Shown here one piece after another: positions 38,583 through 51,852 of a stretch of DNA of 64,000 nt (the stretch's first letter is position 1; each line of letters begins with the position of its first letter). Origin of the DNA: Octopus sinensis (lineage: Eukaryota); the NCBI RefSeq assembly GCF_006345805.1, contig NC_043012.1, positions 24,552,001-24,616,000 on the forward strand. The letters are read 5' to 3'. The notes under the pieces are model-generated. The model ran no database searches. It was not told the DNA's origin and was given only the letters and a program-made list of their open reading frames with translations. The position numbers and the translations under genes are program-made.

Positions 38583-40930
38583 CTGGATAAAAAAAAAAAA
38601 AAATGAAGTTCCAGTAATACACTGTTTTCTAATCAATCTCCAAATGCTTTTCTCCTGCTGAAAAACTGGTCTTGTGCTTACTGCAAAAAAATTGTATTTT
38701 TGTGAAATTAAGATAAGCAATTCTTTTCTGCTGAATACAAACCAGCATCATGGTTGGGAATTGTTTTGACTTTCTCTCAATTTGGTTAATTGTGTTTTTT
38801 TGTTTTTTAGTGACCATATGAAGTGGTAGTGGTGGTGGTGGCGGTGGTGGTGGTAGTGGTTGTCGTGGTGACAGATGAAGAACTATAATTACCATTGGCG
38901 CTAATTACTTGTTCTCCCCCACCTGTCCATCCCACACGCCAATCCACCGACATTTGCATTATGTGGTTTCACCTTGTTAGCAAATCAAATCTCAACTTAC
39001 TGAACAATTTCTTAATACATCATTACTATTAATAATAACCCTACAGCTTCAATTATCCGTTTTTCTGGGGGAGGGGGGTCATTCTCCCTTCACCTTTCTC
39101 TCTCTCTCTTGTCTCTGTCTCTCTGTCTCTCTCTCTTTTACTATCTAAAAGAGTTGTTTCGCAGCTAATTGTGTCATTTCTTTTACTTGTATGCATTATT
39201 AACATCATCATAAATGGTCAATATATTGGCATTTTGGAATTCAGCACCACCACCACCCCACTTCCTCCCCCAAAAAGAAAAAAAAAAACAAATAATAAAT
39301 TCAAACAACTATTTTGGATTTTCTTTTTTTTTTTTTAGAAGTGACTATTTATACCATCTAACATATAAAAAAAAATAAAAAAAATAACAATGGCCAAGAG
39401 ATTCTCAGTCGTTGATATGGGAAGGTTCATATACCTTTCGACCAATCAACCATCTGACACTTTAAGGAAAGTTATTTTGGTGTTAGTCTTGATAGTATTA
39501 TATTTGTCAATTCCCATATCTGTTATGGTATCTTAGCAGCAATTCAGCCATGCTACTTATTAGCTGGCAAGTGATGCTTGCAGAAACTTCAATTGATTTT
39601 GCTGATAGCAGCAGCAGTGTGGATGGGGGGGGGGGTTATTTTAACAGGGTGGGTGACTTACAAAAATGTTGGAAGGAAGAGGAAAAGCTTTGGTGCTTAG
39701 GAAAAAAAACAAAAAAAAAACAACAACAAAAAAAGAAACAAACAAACAAACTCTTGTCTGTTTTCTGAATATTTTAACAGAGGCAGAAAGACATCAGTTT
39801 TAACAACATTCGAAAGAGAAGAGCATTTCACCTGACATAGCTTCAATTAGTAAAAAGGTAGATTTTTTTTTCAACTTCCAAGAGCCTACCTTCTAATTTT
39901 ATGGTGCTTGCTACCGTAATTTGCATATTGCTCTTCTTTTTTGTCGCAGACAGATTACCATTTCTATTGTTTTATTGGTTCCAGTCACTGAAACTGCAGA
40001 CACATTGTGACCATCACTTCTGAAGGTTCCAGCATCTTGATGCCAGTACACAATACACTGTAGTACTTATTTTCTCAGTCTCTATTCATTGGATCGCTAA
40101 GTTACAGTGCATAATGTGACACAACATAAATAAGACCAATTTTTAAACCAATGTAAAGACTAACACATGTGTGCACACATACACACACACATGCATACAC
40201 ATACAGTAGGCTTCTGCACAGTTTCTGTCTATCAAATTCCAGTCACAAGTAATTGGTCGTTCGGAGTTTGTAGTGGAAGACACTTGCCTAAGATACTGAA
40301 AAAGAAATTGAACTTTGAACTTCATGTTTGCAAAGCAAACTTCTTAACCACTGCCATAACTAGCCTAGAGTCAATTCTTCTCACATTATTATTGCAATTA
40401 TTATTATTATTATTTTTATTATTATTATTATTATTTTTGTTGTTATTATTATTGTCCATTTGAAATGAGCAGACCCTTGTTTTAATCATATTCTTCAGAT
40501 GGACTTTATGTAGAATTTTACATTTTGCTTCGTTATGTTTAATTGGTATTGAATAATTCAACACATTTTTTTTTTTTTTATAAATGATTCAAATAGCTAT
40601 GAATGAGACAAATGATATAATTGTCTTCTCTTTCTTTCTTTCTTTCTTCAATTCATTCACAGAAAGAAACTAAAAGACATGTACTGTTTTATATTATTGG
40701 TTCATCAGTGAATTGGTAATTGGCAGAAAGAGCTGAGCACTGAGCTAAATGCTTCTGCAGTATTTAGTTTAATCTCCTTTCTCTGTTTTCTTTACACACA
40801 CACACACATGTATGTGCAGTTTGGCTCATAGTACTCTGAGTTCAAATCACGTTGAATTCAACATTGAGCTTCATCCTTTACAGTCAATAAAGTAGCAACA
40901 CAGTTAGTAGGGTTTATTCTCTCTCTCTCT

Positions 40931-41160
40931 AAGGTGGCGAGCTGGCAGAATCGTTAGCACGCTGGGCGAAATGCTTAGCAGTATTTCGTCTGCTGCTACG
41001 TTCTGAGTTCAAATTCCGCCGAGGTCGACTTTGCTTTTCATCCTTTCGGGGTCGATTAAAAAAGTACCCGTTACGCACAGGGGTTGATATAATTGACTTA
41101 ATCCGTTTGTCTGTCCTTGTTTGTCCCCTCTGTGTCTAGCCCCTTGTGGGTAGTAAAGAA
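40931..41160 (+). mobile_element. Second tRNA-derived SINE family (probably Meta-domain type), well-preserved copy
   Basis: ggtggcgagctggcagaatcgttagc, box B gagttcaaattcc, central gtcgactttgcttttcatcctttcggggtcg. A degenerate copy lies just upstream at about 40700-40910. Confidence 0.85.
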
Positions 41161-41163
41161 TCT

Positions 41164-41208
<45 letters not shown>

Positions 41209-41644
41209 ACTTTCTCAAATTGGGTGTGGTCACACTTGGTAGAAGATGGTGTCTGCCAGGTTTAGGAACCTAAAACATGATGTCTGTCTGTCTGTATGAG
41301 TTCCTTACAGCTTGCCTCAGAAGTAGAAAACCCAAGACTGTGTGTCATGGTTTATGTGTGGTAAAACAAACAACAAAAAGAATGGTTTGGATATGCAGGG
41401 TTATTTATCACACACAGGACAAACACTTATGCTCCCCCTTATGTATAGATTAAGAATACATCAACAACAGAAGCGTCATATTTGGCAAAAGAATACGAAA
41501 GCTAAAGGGCAAATGTTTGAGCTACAAATTTATGAAAGGAGAGCAATGATTTTGTGTTATATATATATGTGTGTATATATATATATATATAATATATATT
41601 TGGCATTAGAATTTTTTTCTTTTGCCCTTGTTTTATAAGTTATA

Positions 41645-41806
41645 GGTGCAGGAGTGGCTGTGTGGTAAGTAGCTTGCTAACCAACCACATGGTTCCGGGT
41701 TCAGTCCCACTGTGTGGCATCTTGGGCAAGTGTCTTCTGCTATAGCCCCGGGCCGACCAATGCCCTGTGAGTGGATTTGGTAGACGGAAACTGAAAGAAG
41801 CCTGTC

Positions 41807-41854
<48 letters not shown>

Positions 41855-42057
41855 TTGTGTGTCTGTGTTTATCCCCCTAGCATTGCTTGACAACCGATGC
41901 TGGTGTGTTTACGTCCCCGTCACTTAGCGGTTCGGCAAAAGAGATTGATAGAATAAGTACTGGGCTTACAAAGAATAAGTCCCGGGGTTGATTTGCTCGA
42001 CTAAAGGCGGTGCTCCAGCATGGCCACAGTCAATTGACTGAAACAAGTAAAAGAGTA
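41645..42057 (+). mobile_element. Well-preserved CORE-type SINE (reference copy in this window)
   Basis: tRNA-like head with ggttccgggttcagtccc, CORE-like ttgggcaagtgtcttc, internal (TA)n(TG)n, and 3' ggtgctccagcatggcc...aaacaagtaaaagag. Confidence 0.9.
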
Positions 42058-42299
42058 TACTTTTTTGAAAAGAATTAGTCTTTTAGGAAAATGGAAATGA
42101 CTTCAACCAGGAATTGATATTTGTCTGGCAAGTTTTTACAGATTTTCTCTGTGGTGCTCCTTACTATTATAACGGTGCTAACAGTGATAAGGGAATCACC
42201 TTAACTGTCCCCTCCCACCTACCCACTCAAAATTGCTGGCCTTGTGCTTAAATAAAAAGCCATTATAGTGATAGTAATAATAATTTCATACATAGTCAC

Positions 42300-42911
42300 T
42301 AAACCAGAAATTTTGTGGGACAGGTGCAGTTGATTATTTTGTCAATTCCATGAAGATGGAAAGCAAAGTTGACTCTAGTGGGATTTGAACTCGAAATGCA
42401 AAGAATGTCTGCTATTAAATATCTTCAGGCATTTTTCTCCACTTCTCTGCTAATTCCGACAGCCCGTTACTCTAAGAGCAGGACTAATAATAACAATAGT
42501 CGTTTCTGCTGAAGGTATAAGTCCTGGAATTTGTGAGGAGTGGGATAGTTGATTAAATTGTCTTCAGGACTCAATTTATTTTATCGACCCTGAAAAGGTG
42601 AAAGGTATAGTCGACCTCAGCAAAATTTGAACCCAAAATGTAATGCCAGAAGAAATGCTGGCAGGTATTTTGTCAAGTGTGCTAATGTTTCTGTCCGCTC
42701 ACTGCCTTGGTATAATCCTTTCTACTCGAGGCTTGTGCCTCGAATTTGTGGGGAGGGGACTAGGCGATTACATCAACCCCAGTGTAGCACTGGTACTTAA
42801 TTTATCGACCCTTAAAGAATGAAAGGCAAAGATGAACTCAGAATGTAAACGTGGATGGAATGCCTCAGAACATTTTGTCCCATGTGCTAACATTTCTGCC
42901 AGCTTGCCGCC

Positions 42912-42912
<1 letters not shown>
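42300..42912 (-). mobile_element. Three tandem second-family SINEs
   Basis: Three recurrences of aaagt/gacc..aatttgaac..gctaa, ending in ctgccagcttgccgcc before (AAT)n. Confidence 0.8.
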
Positions 42913-42947
<35 letters not shown>

Positions 42948-44849
42948 GTTATGATTAATGGTTTGTGGATTGTGATGTCAATGATGGAGCTTGACCCGTC
43001 CCTGAGAATCACCCTCAGCAAACATGACATGAATTAATTGAAATTAGAAGCTTGATAACAACACATTGACTACCATTATCATGTGATTACGTAAAATGGT
43101 CAAAGGTGATGCTAATCCAAAACAGATTATCATGGTTTTTATTTTTCCATACAAACTGTTACCATCACTGTTCCAACACTGGAAATTTTGCACCAGTTTT
43201 CACCTCATATTCTTCATCAGCAATTTAATTTTGTGCTGTGAAGGGTAGATTTTGTTGGTTAGTTTTGTTGCTGTTGTTTCAAATTGTTTGATTTCTTCTT
43301 CATTTTGAATCCATCTACCTTGATATTTCATGTTGTGGGGTGAAAAAATATAAAAAAATAAGAAACAAAAGTTCTTCCATTAGAAAATTACTTCTTTTCT
43401 TAATCCATTTTATGTAAATGAAAGAATTTTTTTTTTTTAAAAAAACATTTCATTTATTCCATTTTGGTTTTTGATTTTGTTTTCTCAATAAACAATAAAT
43501 TGGTTTTACATTGTCTGAAAATAAAAATTTAAAGAATTACAAAATTATTTCCTGGCACTTTTAACATATATTTGTGTGTATGTGTGTGTGTATGTATGTA
43601 TAATATGCATGTGTGTTTGTGATAGAGAATGAGTACATGAAATGAAATTGTTTGCTAAACAATTTCCAGCCGTGAGAGACAATCAGGTTTTAGTGAATAA
43701 TGTTACTGACAATGGTATTGGAAAGAAACGAACCTATCAAATAATACCTACCCACCCACTTCAGCAATTCATAAGTTCTTCATTTACATCTACAAGTTAA
43801 AGGAATCTGTATGCTGTTAATGGACTTTTTGAAGATCTTAGGACTAACCTGCCTTTCTCTTCATTTTTCTTGTAAAGCATGTTCATTCTTCACAAAGACA
43901 TTACCCGACATTTGCCACCCTGTTGTCTCTTTGACAGTTTTTTTTTCATTTAGACATTTCAAAATAATTGTAAATACACAATTCCTTATGTAGTACACTG
44001 GGCAAGGATCTTCTGTTGTAGTCTTTGGGTTGATAATTGCATTGTGGATGGAAGTTGATGGACAGAAACCATACAAAAGTCTTGTGTGTGTGTGTACTTA
44101 CACAAACACACATTAGTTCCCAAGGAGCCATAGGTGAAACAAAATATAGTTTGTTGGACAAATGATTGCGAATTAAATATTTTATTTGCTCTCAAACTTG
44201 CCTTTGCGTACTTTAAGTGGCTGGACATAACTTCTTTTGAACTTATCACCCTCTGCAACATGCACACACACACACACACACACATATATATAAATATTTG
44301 TGCACTCAAGATCCATTTTTTATGCTAATATGTCTTAAATGGGAATTGATTTTGATGTGTGGGTGTGTGTGTATTTAGGACTCTTTATTGGGATAGACCC
44401 TTGTCTTTAATGTCAAAACAGTAATTAACCATTCAATAATGATCAATAAAGTATCGGACTGAAGCAAATATTGAGGTCAATCTGATTGATAAAAACCATA
44501 GAAAGCAATGCTATATTGTAGACAGGGCAATGAGTGAAACAGAAGCATAGAAGAAAATACGAAGAACTGGTGTACATAGTTTTGCCATGACGAGCATAGC
44601 CAGAGGTTGGTGGGCCGCATAAGATGATCTGGTTGTCAGTAGTCACCATTCACGAGTCTCCTCCATCACAAGCAGAAATGTCATCCTGTTGAGGCCTGAT
44701 CGCTGTATAAAGTCCTGAAATCAAAATTCATGTTTTTTATGCATTTTGGAACCTCTGTAAATACAGAGGTTCCTATATACAGAAATTATAAAACAGAATT
44801 ATCTCAAAACTTAGACTGACAATGTAACGTTTCGTTAATTGTTTTTCAA

Positions 44850-45312
44850 GAGGAACGAACGGTGGTCATGTTTGGCTGACATTTGAACATGGGCTTAAAA
44901 CATGAGGAATAAGCAAAGACTAGAAAGAATTGAGGCGTAAGGCAAGTATGCTGGGTTAGATGAATAATATCACTGTGTATGAAGGATGGAGCACAAGTGT
45001 GTTGAAAGAAAACGTGGGTATCAGAAGCCTTTGACATTTTCTGGTGTGTGCAAGAAAGAGGGCGTTAAAAGGTTGGGTATGGAATGCATATGAAGAATGG
45101 TAATTTGGGGGGAAAGTGCCAAACATTCCTGGTAGAAGAAGGAGCCCTGAAGAAGGCCAAAGTGTATGTTTGCAGAAGTGGCTGGGGCTGATTTCAAGAT
45201 GTTGAGTTCTATACAAGAGATGGTAAAGAATCACAATTAGAAAGCTGCTTCACTGAACGTGACACAACTGACCATTACCAGCATGAAAATGGATATAAAA
45301 ATGATGATGATG
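44850..45312 (+). mobile_element. Highly degenerate RTE-type LINE 3' fragment
   Basis: Decayed similarity to the 49668-50330 element (gtgcaagaaagag...aagtgcc...gtagaagaagg), ending in cagcatgaaaatggat..atgatgatg. Confidence 0.55.
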
Positions 45313-47966
45313 AAAGTTATAAATATACATACTTTCATTTTATCTTTGTTGCCTTTCGAATAAAAGACACAAAAAGGTGTAATAACACTTAATTCTTTTA
45401 TAATTGCAACATTTGATCTTCTATATTTAATATTTTCATCTCATCCACAGCTGTATTAATAGCTATTTCAGGCCAAAGAGGGAGCAGTTATGCTCCTACC
45501 TGACCTACTAAATATAGCAGTTAAATCTCCCTGAGACTGCATCCTACCTTCTGAAGGAAAGAACACTTTTTGATAATGCTCTTAAATATGCTCCTTGGAT
45601 GGCTATGGCTGGATTGTCTTTCATCACAGTTCTTAATCAGGCTTGACCTGGCACTGACCAACAACTTGTTGCATATTTATACCCTACCAATGTAAAAAAA
45701 ACCCTAATTCTGACCAGTAATTAGTTCTAATTTAACTGTCATTAGCTAATTAGTCATTAACTTGAAGTTAACGGGGGATTTAAAAAAGATATTTGTTTTC
45801 TTGTAGAACAAAATTTTTATTTGGAAATAATTTTTTTCCTAAATCATTTAATTGGATTTCTTGTGTTGTGGCCATGACTGGAACTTCTTCAGTCAGTTCT
45901 ATATGTAAGACCGTCTTTTGTGGCTTGATAATCTCATTGCTTGTAGCTAGAAAGTTGAATAGCATGTACACACACACACACACACGCACACACATAAGTG
46001 GATACATATAAAACATATTTTCAAGTTTTTTCCATAAACTATTCTGCATACAAACCTATCAAACCCACATTAATATAAGAAAATAATGGAGTGTGTGTAT
46101 GTGTGTTGCCTCCGATATATTCGCTATTATTTATCTATTTAGTTATGATTTTGTCTAAAAAAGAAAAAAAATACTTTCTTGTTAAAATAACATGTACAGA
46201 AGAACAACATTCTTCGTTTAATAAAAGCTAGTTAAAAATGTGATCGACCTCTGTATATCAACCTGTAAACAGCAGAGAAAATGCTTCTTTCTCTCCTTTT
46301 GCTCTGCTCCTACCTTTTCAGATCTATATTTATTCAAAATCAATCTCTTGTGTTTGTATATACTTTTGTTCAATATTGTCTTATCAGGTTTGTGGTTTAG
46401 GTCAAACGTATTGCTTCACTAAAGGCAGTGGACAGTGCGATGAGGTGTGGGGGGAGATAGCGTTTGGAAGGAAGTGGAGATAGAAATGCATAGTTTTGTA
46501 TGGAAGATAACTGAATTGATTTTAGCTCTGGTGAAAGGTGTTGGTTTCGTGTTTTGTTACCTCTTTCCATTGACACACTCCTGTTGAAATATAGTCAGAT
46601 ATCACTTATTCAGTTGTCCTTACTTTAAATTATACCAGTATGGAAAAACACATTGAAAAGACTCCAATCTAACTGGCTTCTCTGTATTTTTCTCTCCGTC
46701 TATACAAAGGTCATATTCTTCTAAGTAGCTGCCTTGAGCCATGGGCTTTTGTCAATGTATTCCTGCCTTATCTAATAATGCTTATCTTTGTAGGTTGAAT
46801 GCTTGCAGAATTGCCAGCCAGATCCATCAAATTTCCTTCTTAAGATACTGGACAGACTTAAGATCTTTTTGGCACTTGTTTTCCCTTGGGCAGACTTCAC
46901 TGATTGCTTATCGCTAACCTCACATGGACCTAGGAGAATTCCCTTTTTCCCCCAAGCATGTATCTTTTATGCACCATATATGCATTTGCATTGCCTAGCA
47001 CAATGGGTGTGGAGGTGGCCCATGGCTGCTACTTGAAATGACTTGCTCTGACACATTGGAGACAGTTCGAAATAAGTGGACAATAGAAAGCAGGCTTTTA
47101 AGCTGTTCACTGGCAAACTCAGTATTGTTGGCAGTTTTCTAAAGCAGTGTTAAGTCTTGTTTATTTCTTACATGTTTTATGACTCTGAACAATTTTTCTT
47201 TTCCTTTTTTTTTTTCCTGCTGTTATTATTTTCCAATGGAATGCCATTGGTTTTACACCAGTATTGACTTAATTTTGACAAATGTATATTTCTATTTGTG
47301 TGATCAGTTTATTTCAATACTCTTTATAGTAAAAAGTTCTTTATATTATAAGTGATTTTCTCCGATGCGCCAACCTTTTATATATATATATATATATATT
47401 TCTTTGTATGAAGATTATCAGGAAATTTGATATCAAAATCAGTGGAAAAAAAAAGAAAGAAAAAAAAGGAGGTGAATTTTATTTGGCTCAACTTTGAAGA
47501 GCAACAACAACAACAACCTTATTGTCAATGGTTATATATACCTATATTGTTAACTCGGTGAATGTCTGCTGTATTCCTGAAACTCTGTATTAAAGAGAGA
47601 GGAAGGACCTGTTATTAAATTCCTCATGTAACTTTTGAAGTGGAATGAAATATTTATTTGTGTAATTAAGTGAACTATTTTTAAACGTGACTATTGGAAT
47701 GGAAAAAAAAATCATAAACAAGCCTGTAATTACAAGTGTCATTTTTTTTAGTTTTTAAAAAATAACACCACATCTATATATATATGTGTGTGTTTGTGTG
47801 TCCGTTATGAACTGTATTTTATTTTTGTTCTTATTTCAACCATTGTGGTTTTGATTTTATTAAGTAAAAGGTGAACATCACAATTCATTCTTCTCATTTT
47901 GTGGTAAATCTAACCACTTTGAACATTTATCTGTTGCCTGAATTTGTCACCTTTGTCGTCCTTTCA

Positions 47967-48071
47967 TTAGGTAACATTGCAAATGACTGCAACTGTTGCG
48001 AATCTTGTATAGACAATAGACACTTCAGTAATGCCCTGAAAACTAAGATGGGACACATTACAAACACCTGA
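47967..48071. other. Exon-like 100-bp segment open on both strands, possible terminal exon
   Basis: Minus: ttttcttcttcttcag|G..GVCNVSHLSFQGITEVSIVYTRFATVAVICNVT*. Plus: gtcctttcattag|G..GNIANDCNCCESCIDNRHFSNALKTKMGHITNT*, followed by AATAAA. Confidence 0.2.
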
Positions 48072-48184
48072 AGAAGAAGAAAATAAAAGTAACTGAAATC
48101 ATTCTGAACTTGTTAATTTTATTTTCAACTCATTCATTAAATAATCTTCTTAGGGAACAGCTTGTCTGTGTCTGTCTGTCTCTC

Positions 48185-48224
<40 letters not shown>

Positions 48225-48264
48225 TCTGTCTCTCTCTCTCTCTCTCTTTCTCTCTTTCTCCCTA

Positions 48265-48301
<37 letters not shown>

Positions 48302-49667
48302 TTGTTCTCTTATGGAAAAAAAATGCTGATTTTAAAATCTGTGCAGAATTTATTTTGCCGTGTATTTATAAATTTAGTGTAAATATGGGGAATTTTTATT
48401 CTTGTTATTACTTTAAACATTTAGAACTGATAATTTTGGTTACAGCAAAGCTGATGAGCAACTGGAATTTTCTGAAATAGTATCTGACATTTGAAGAATC
48501 TCTAAACCAAAAGATAAGCATAGTGTTTTAATAAAACAATGTCACTTACTTAAAACTACTTAGTATTTATTAAGACTTAGAAGATCTGTAACTACAGACT
48601 ATACGAAAAAGAAGGGGATTTGAAAAAAAAAAAAAAGAATTATGAAAACAAAAAGGAATGAGAAAAGAATAAAATCTGTTTAATGAAATGACTAGCGGAA
48701 ATGAATATTCTTTTGCCATTGGACAATTTCCAAAAGCAAAAATTGGATTGAAAGCAATAACTGAAAATTTGGGATGCTTAGCCAACAAGGTCCTATCTTG
48801 ATTGTTAGATAATATAATGGTCAAATGGAATGAACATTTTATCATTATTATTAATCCACATTTCTTCTGGTTAAACTAAGCAACCAAAGGAAATAATTTC
48901 TAGAAGTTTGTTATAAATATCAAACTAGAATATGGTTTGAAACTGGGGAAAATGATAGGCTACAACCCTCATAATATCTAGTCTTGCTCTCCTATGTTGT
49001 TTGTAAAAGTTAGTTTTGCATTTTGATCCCTTATGGGCTAGTAAGTACCAGTTGTATATTGGGGTTGTTTCTATTAACTCTGAACATTCTCTGCAGAAGT
49101 TGATTTTTTTTCTTAATCAGAAAAAGAAGAAAAAAATCAAATGTGTATTAAAAGCTTTCAAAGAATGCTTTACAGGAATCTCTGCCTCTGGGTTTTATAT
49201 GACATTTAGGAAATGGAAAACTAAATCCAAAAGATGCAACAGATCCATTCCTATATTTGTTTTTTGGTCAGAACCCCCACTGTACATCTGTTGTTTCACT
49301 TTCCAAGTGAGAACCCTAAACCCAACCCAGGCTTGCAAAAAGAGACTCTCTAAGAACTAAAAGACACAGTAAATGGTAGCATGTTGAGGTGGTTTATCTC
49401 ATAGGAATACAGGAGATAAAAGAAGAATTGGTGCTGTTAAGCTCAACAAGTTTTTCAAAAATAAAAGAAAACAAAAGAAATGGTTGACTGATTGAATAGA
49501 AATGCATAGATACATGCAAATAGCAGCTTCTTTTCGGGATAGGATGCTCTTTATAGGCCATGGTCTTCAGTTAACTGGTTTACTCATCAGTTTACTCGTA
49601 AAGGATCTGTTTTGTGAAAGCACTGGAAGCAAAACTGATTATCTTGATATATATATATATATATATC

Positions 49668-50330
49668 ATTATCATCATATTTTAACGTCCGTTTTCTATG
49701 CTGCCATGGGTTGGACAGTTTGACTTGGGTCTGGGAAGCCAGGAGGCTGCACCAAACTCCAGTCTGATCTGGCAGTGTTTCTGCAGCTGGATGCCTTTCC
49801 TAATGCCAACCACTCTGTGAGTGTAGTGGCTGCTTTTTACTTTCTACCAGCATTTGATTTTGATTTTTATTTTGATGTACTTGACTCAAAAGGTCTCTTC
49901 AAGTACAGCAGGCCACCCAACGATCCAAGGTAAGCATAGCAGGTTGTCCTACGATCCAAGATTCTTTTGAATGGGCAGAGGCTGGTTATACAAAACTGGT
50001 GTAGGATACAGCCGTGAACTCACTTTATTTGCCGGGTCTTCACAGTCACAGCATATCTTCAGAGGTCTTGGTCTTTCGTCATTGCCTCTGTGAGGCCCAA
50101 CGTTCAAAGGTCATGCTTGACCACCTCATCCCATGTCTTCCTGGGTCTACCTCTACACCAGATTCCTCCAACTGTTTGGGAGAGGCACTTCTTCACACAT
50201 GTCTCCTCATCCATCCCTAGTACATGACCATACCAACGCAATCGTTTCTCCTGCATGCTGCATCCGATGCTTCTTATGTCCAACATTTCTCTCAGGGCGC
50301 TTACATCGACACCCTGTGTTCAACAGGTAC
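49668..50330 (-). mobile_element. 3' fragment of an RTE-type LINE with (ATG)n tail
   Basis: ORF 50104-50286 encodes QEKRLRWYGHV...RGRPRKTWDEVVKHDL, the typical C-terminal region after RTE reverse transcriptase. The 3' UTR is shared with copies at 32308 and 62480. Confidence 0.8.
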
Positions 50331-50461
50331 TTATTTATTGGCCCTAAAAGGATGAAAGGCAAAGTCAACCTCAGCAGAATTTGAACTCAAAACACAAAAG
50401 ACGGATGAAATGCTGCTAAGCATCTGGTCCAGTGTGATAACGATTCTGTTAGCTTGCTCCA

Positions 50462-50508
<47 letters not shown>

Positions 50509-50727
50509 TAATAATGATAATAATAATAATTTTGCTATAACTATCATAAGATTATTGTTGCACACAGCATATTGGCGTTTTTGTCATCTGATGTAACAAC
50601 ATTATGACAGAACTTCAAGTTGAGAAGATAAGAACTTGTTCATTTGACTGACAAATTCCACCTCCAGGCTGCGTACAATAGTTACATGTCTAATAGAGAC
50701 ACCAAGATATTTCTCTCATTCCTTCAT

Positions 50728-50763
<36 letters not shown>

Positions 50764-51130
50764 TTCTCTCTCTCTCTCTCTCTCTCCCATTCTGTTTCCC
50801 ACTCTCTCTGCATTTCTCTCTTTCACTCACACACCACATCAACCCCTCCCCTACTTCCTCTCTCTCTCCTTTCTATTTCTCACCCTCACCCATCTCCATT
50901 CTTTCTTTCTTTCAGTCTTATTCTCTTTCTTTCTCTCTCAATTTCCCTGCTTTTCTGTCTTATTCTTTCTCTCTTCATTCTCTTTCTCTCTCAATGGCTA
51001 GTCTCAAACAAAGGATATTCTAATTCTAATTATTTTTCGATACTGTTCTATGAATTGGATTTGTTTTGTTGTTATTGCTATTAATTTTTTTATTATCCTC
51101 CCCACCACTTTTTTTTTCTCTCAGTTTCTT

Positions 51131-51166
<36 letters not shown>

Positions 51167-51800
51167 AATAATAAAACTTAATTCATCTTGATGTATAAAT
51201 GGTTTTAATTAAAAGCAATTTCACTCTAATTGCTGTAAACAGAGCTTGACTTATTTCGTTGCATACATCCCATACATTGGGGTAGACACTACTTACAACC
51301 AACTAGCTTTTGCTGGTGCAGTTGCATAATAATAATAATAATAATGATGATAATAATAATGATAATAATAATAATAACAACAACAACACCAAAATTTAAA
51401 ATATACAAACAAAACTAAGAGAAAGGGAGAGAATACAAAGAAAAAAAAACAACAAATTTTTTATGTAAATATTTAAAAAAAAAGAAATTTTTGTTTTATT
51501 TCCTTCATTCCTCTGAATTGTTTCCTTGTAAACATAGATAGGCTTTTTTTGTTATGATTCCATTGTTAATTCTAACCCAAGTTTCAAAGCTGTTTATAAT
51601 AGTTATCCTGACATTTTAGCCTATAAAACAATTATGCGCTTATATCTCGCAATAACTTTAGCCATTTTATTTTTGTTTTTAATGCCATTTTACTATAAAT
51701 AGAGTAACCCTGCTTTTTTCAGTAGCTAGCCTAGACTATTGATTTGCTTTAATATATATATATATATACATATATCCATCCGTACATATATACATGTGTA

Positions 51801-51852
<52 letters not shown>

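Noticed and set aside
40931-41030. tRNA-like A/B boxes as a tRNA gene
   Set aside because: They continue into SINE body sequence present in many copies, and no complete cloverleaf is evident.
46322-46387. Strong acceptor with a 66-nt segment open in all frames
   Set aside because: Openness is explained by T-richness. The donor GTTTGT is modest and the codon pattern is uninformative.
48551-48599. Minus-strand segment with a strong acceptor and GTAAGT donor
   Set aside because: Stop codons occur in all three frames. At most it is a non-coding or pseudo-exon, and nothing else supports it.
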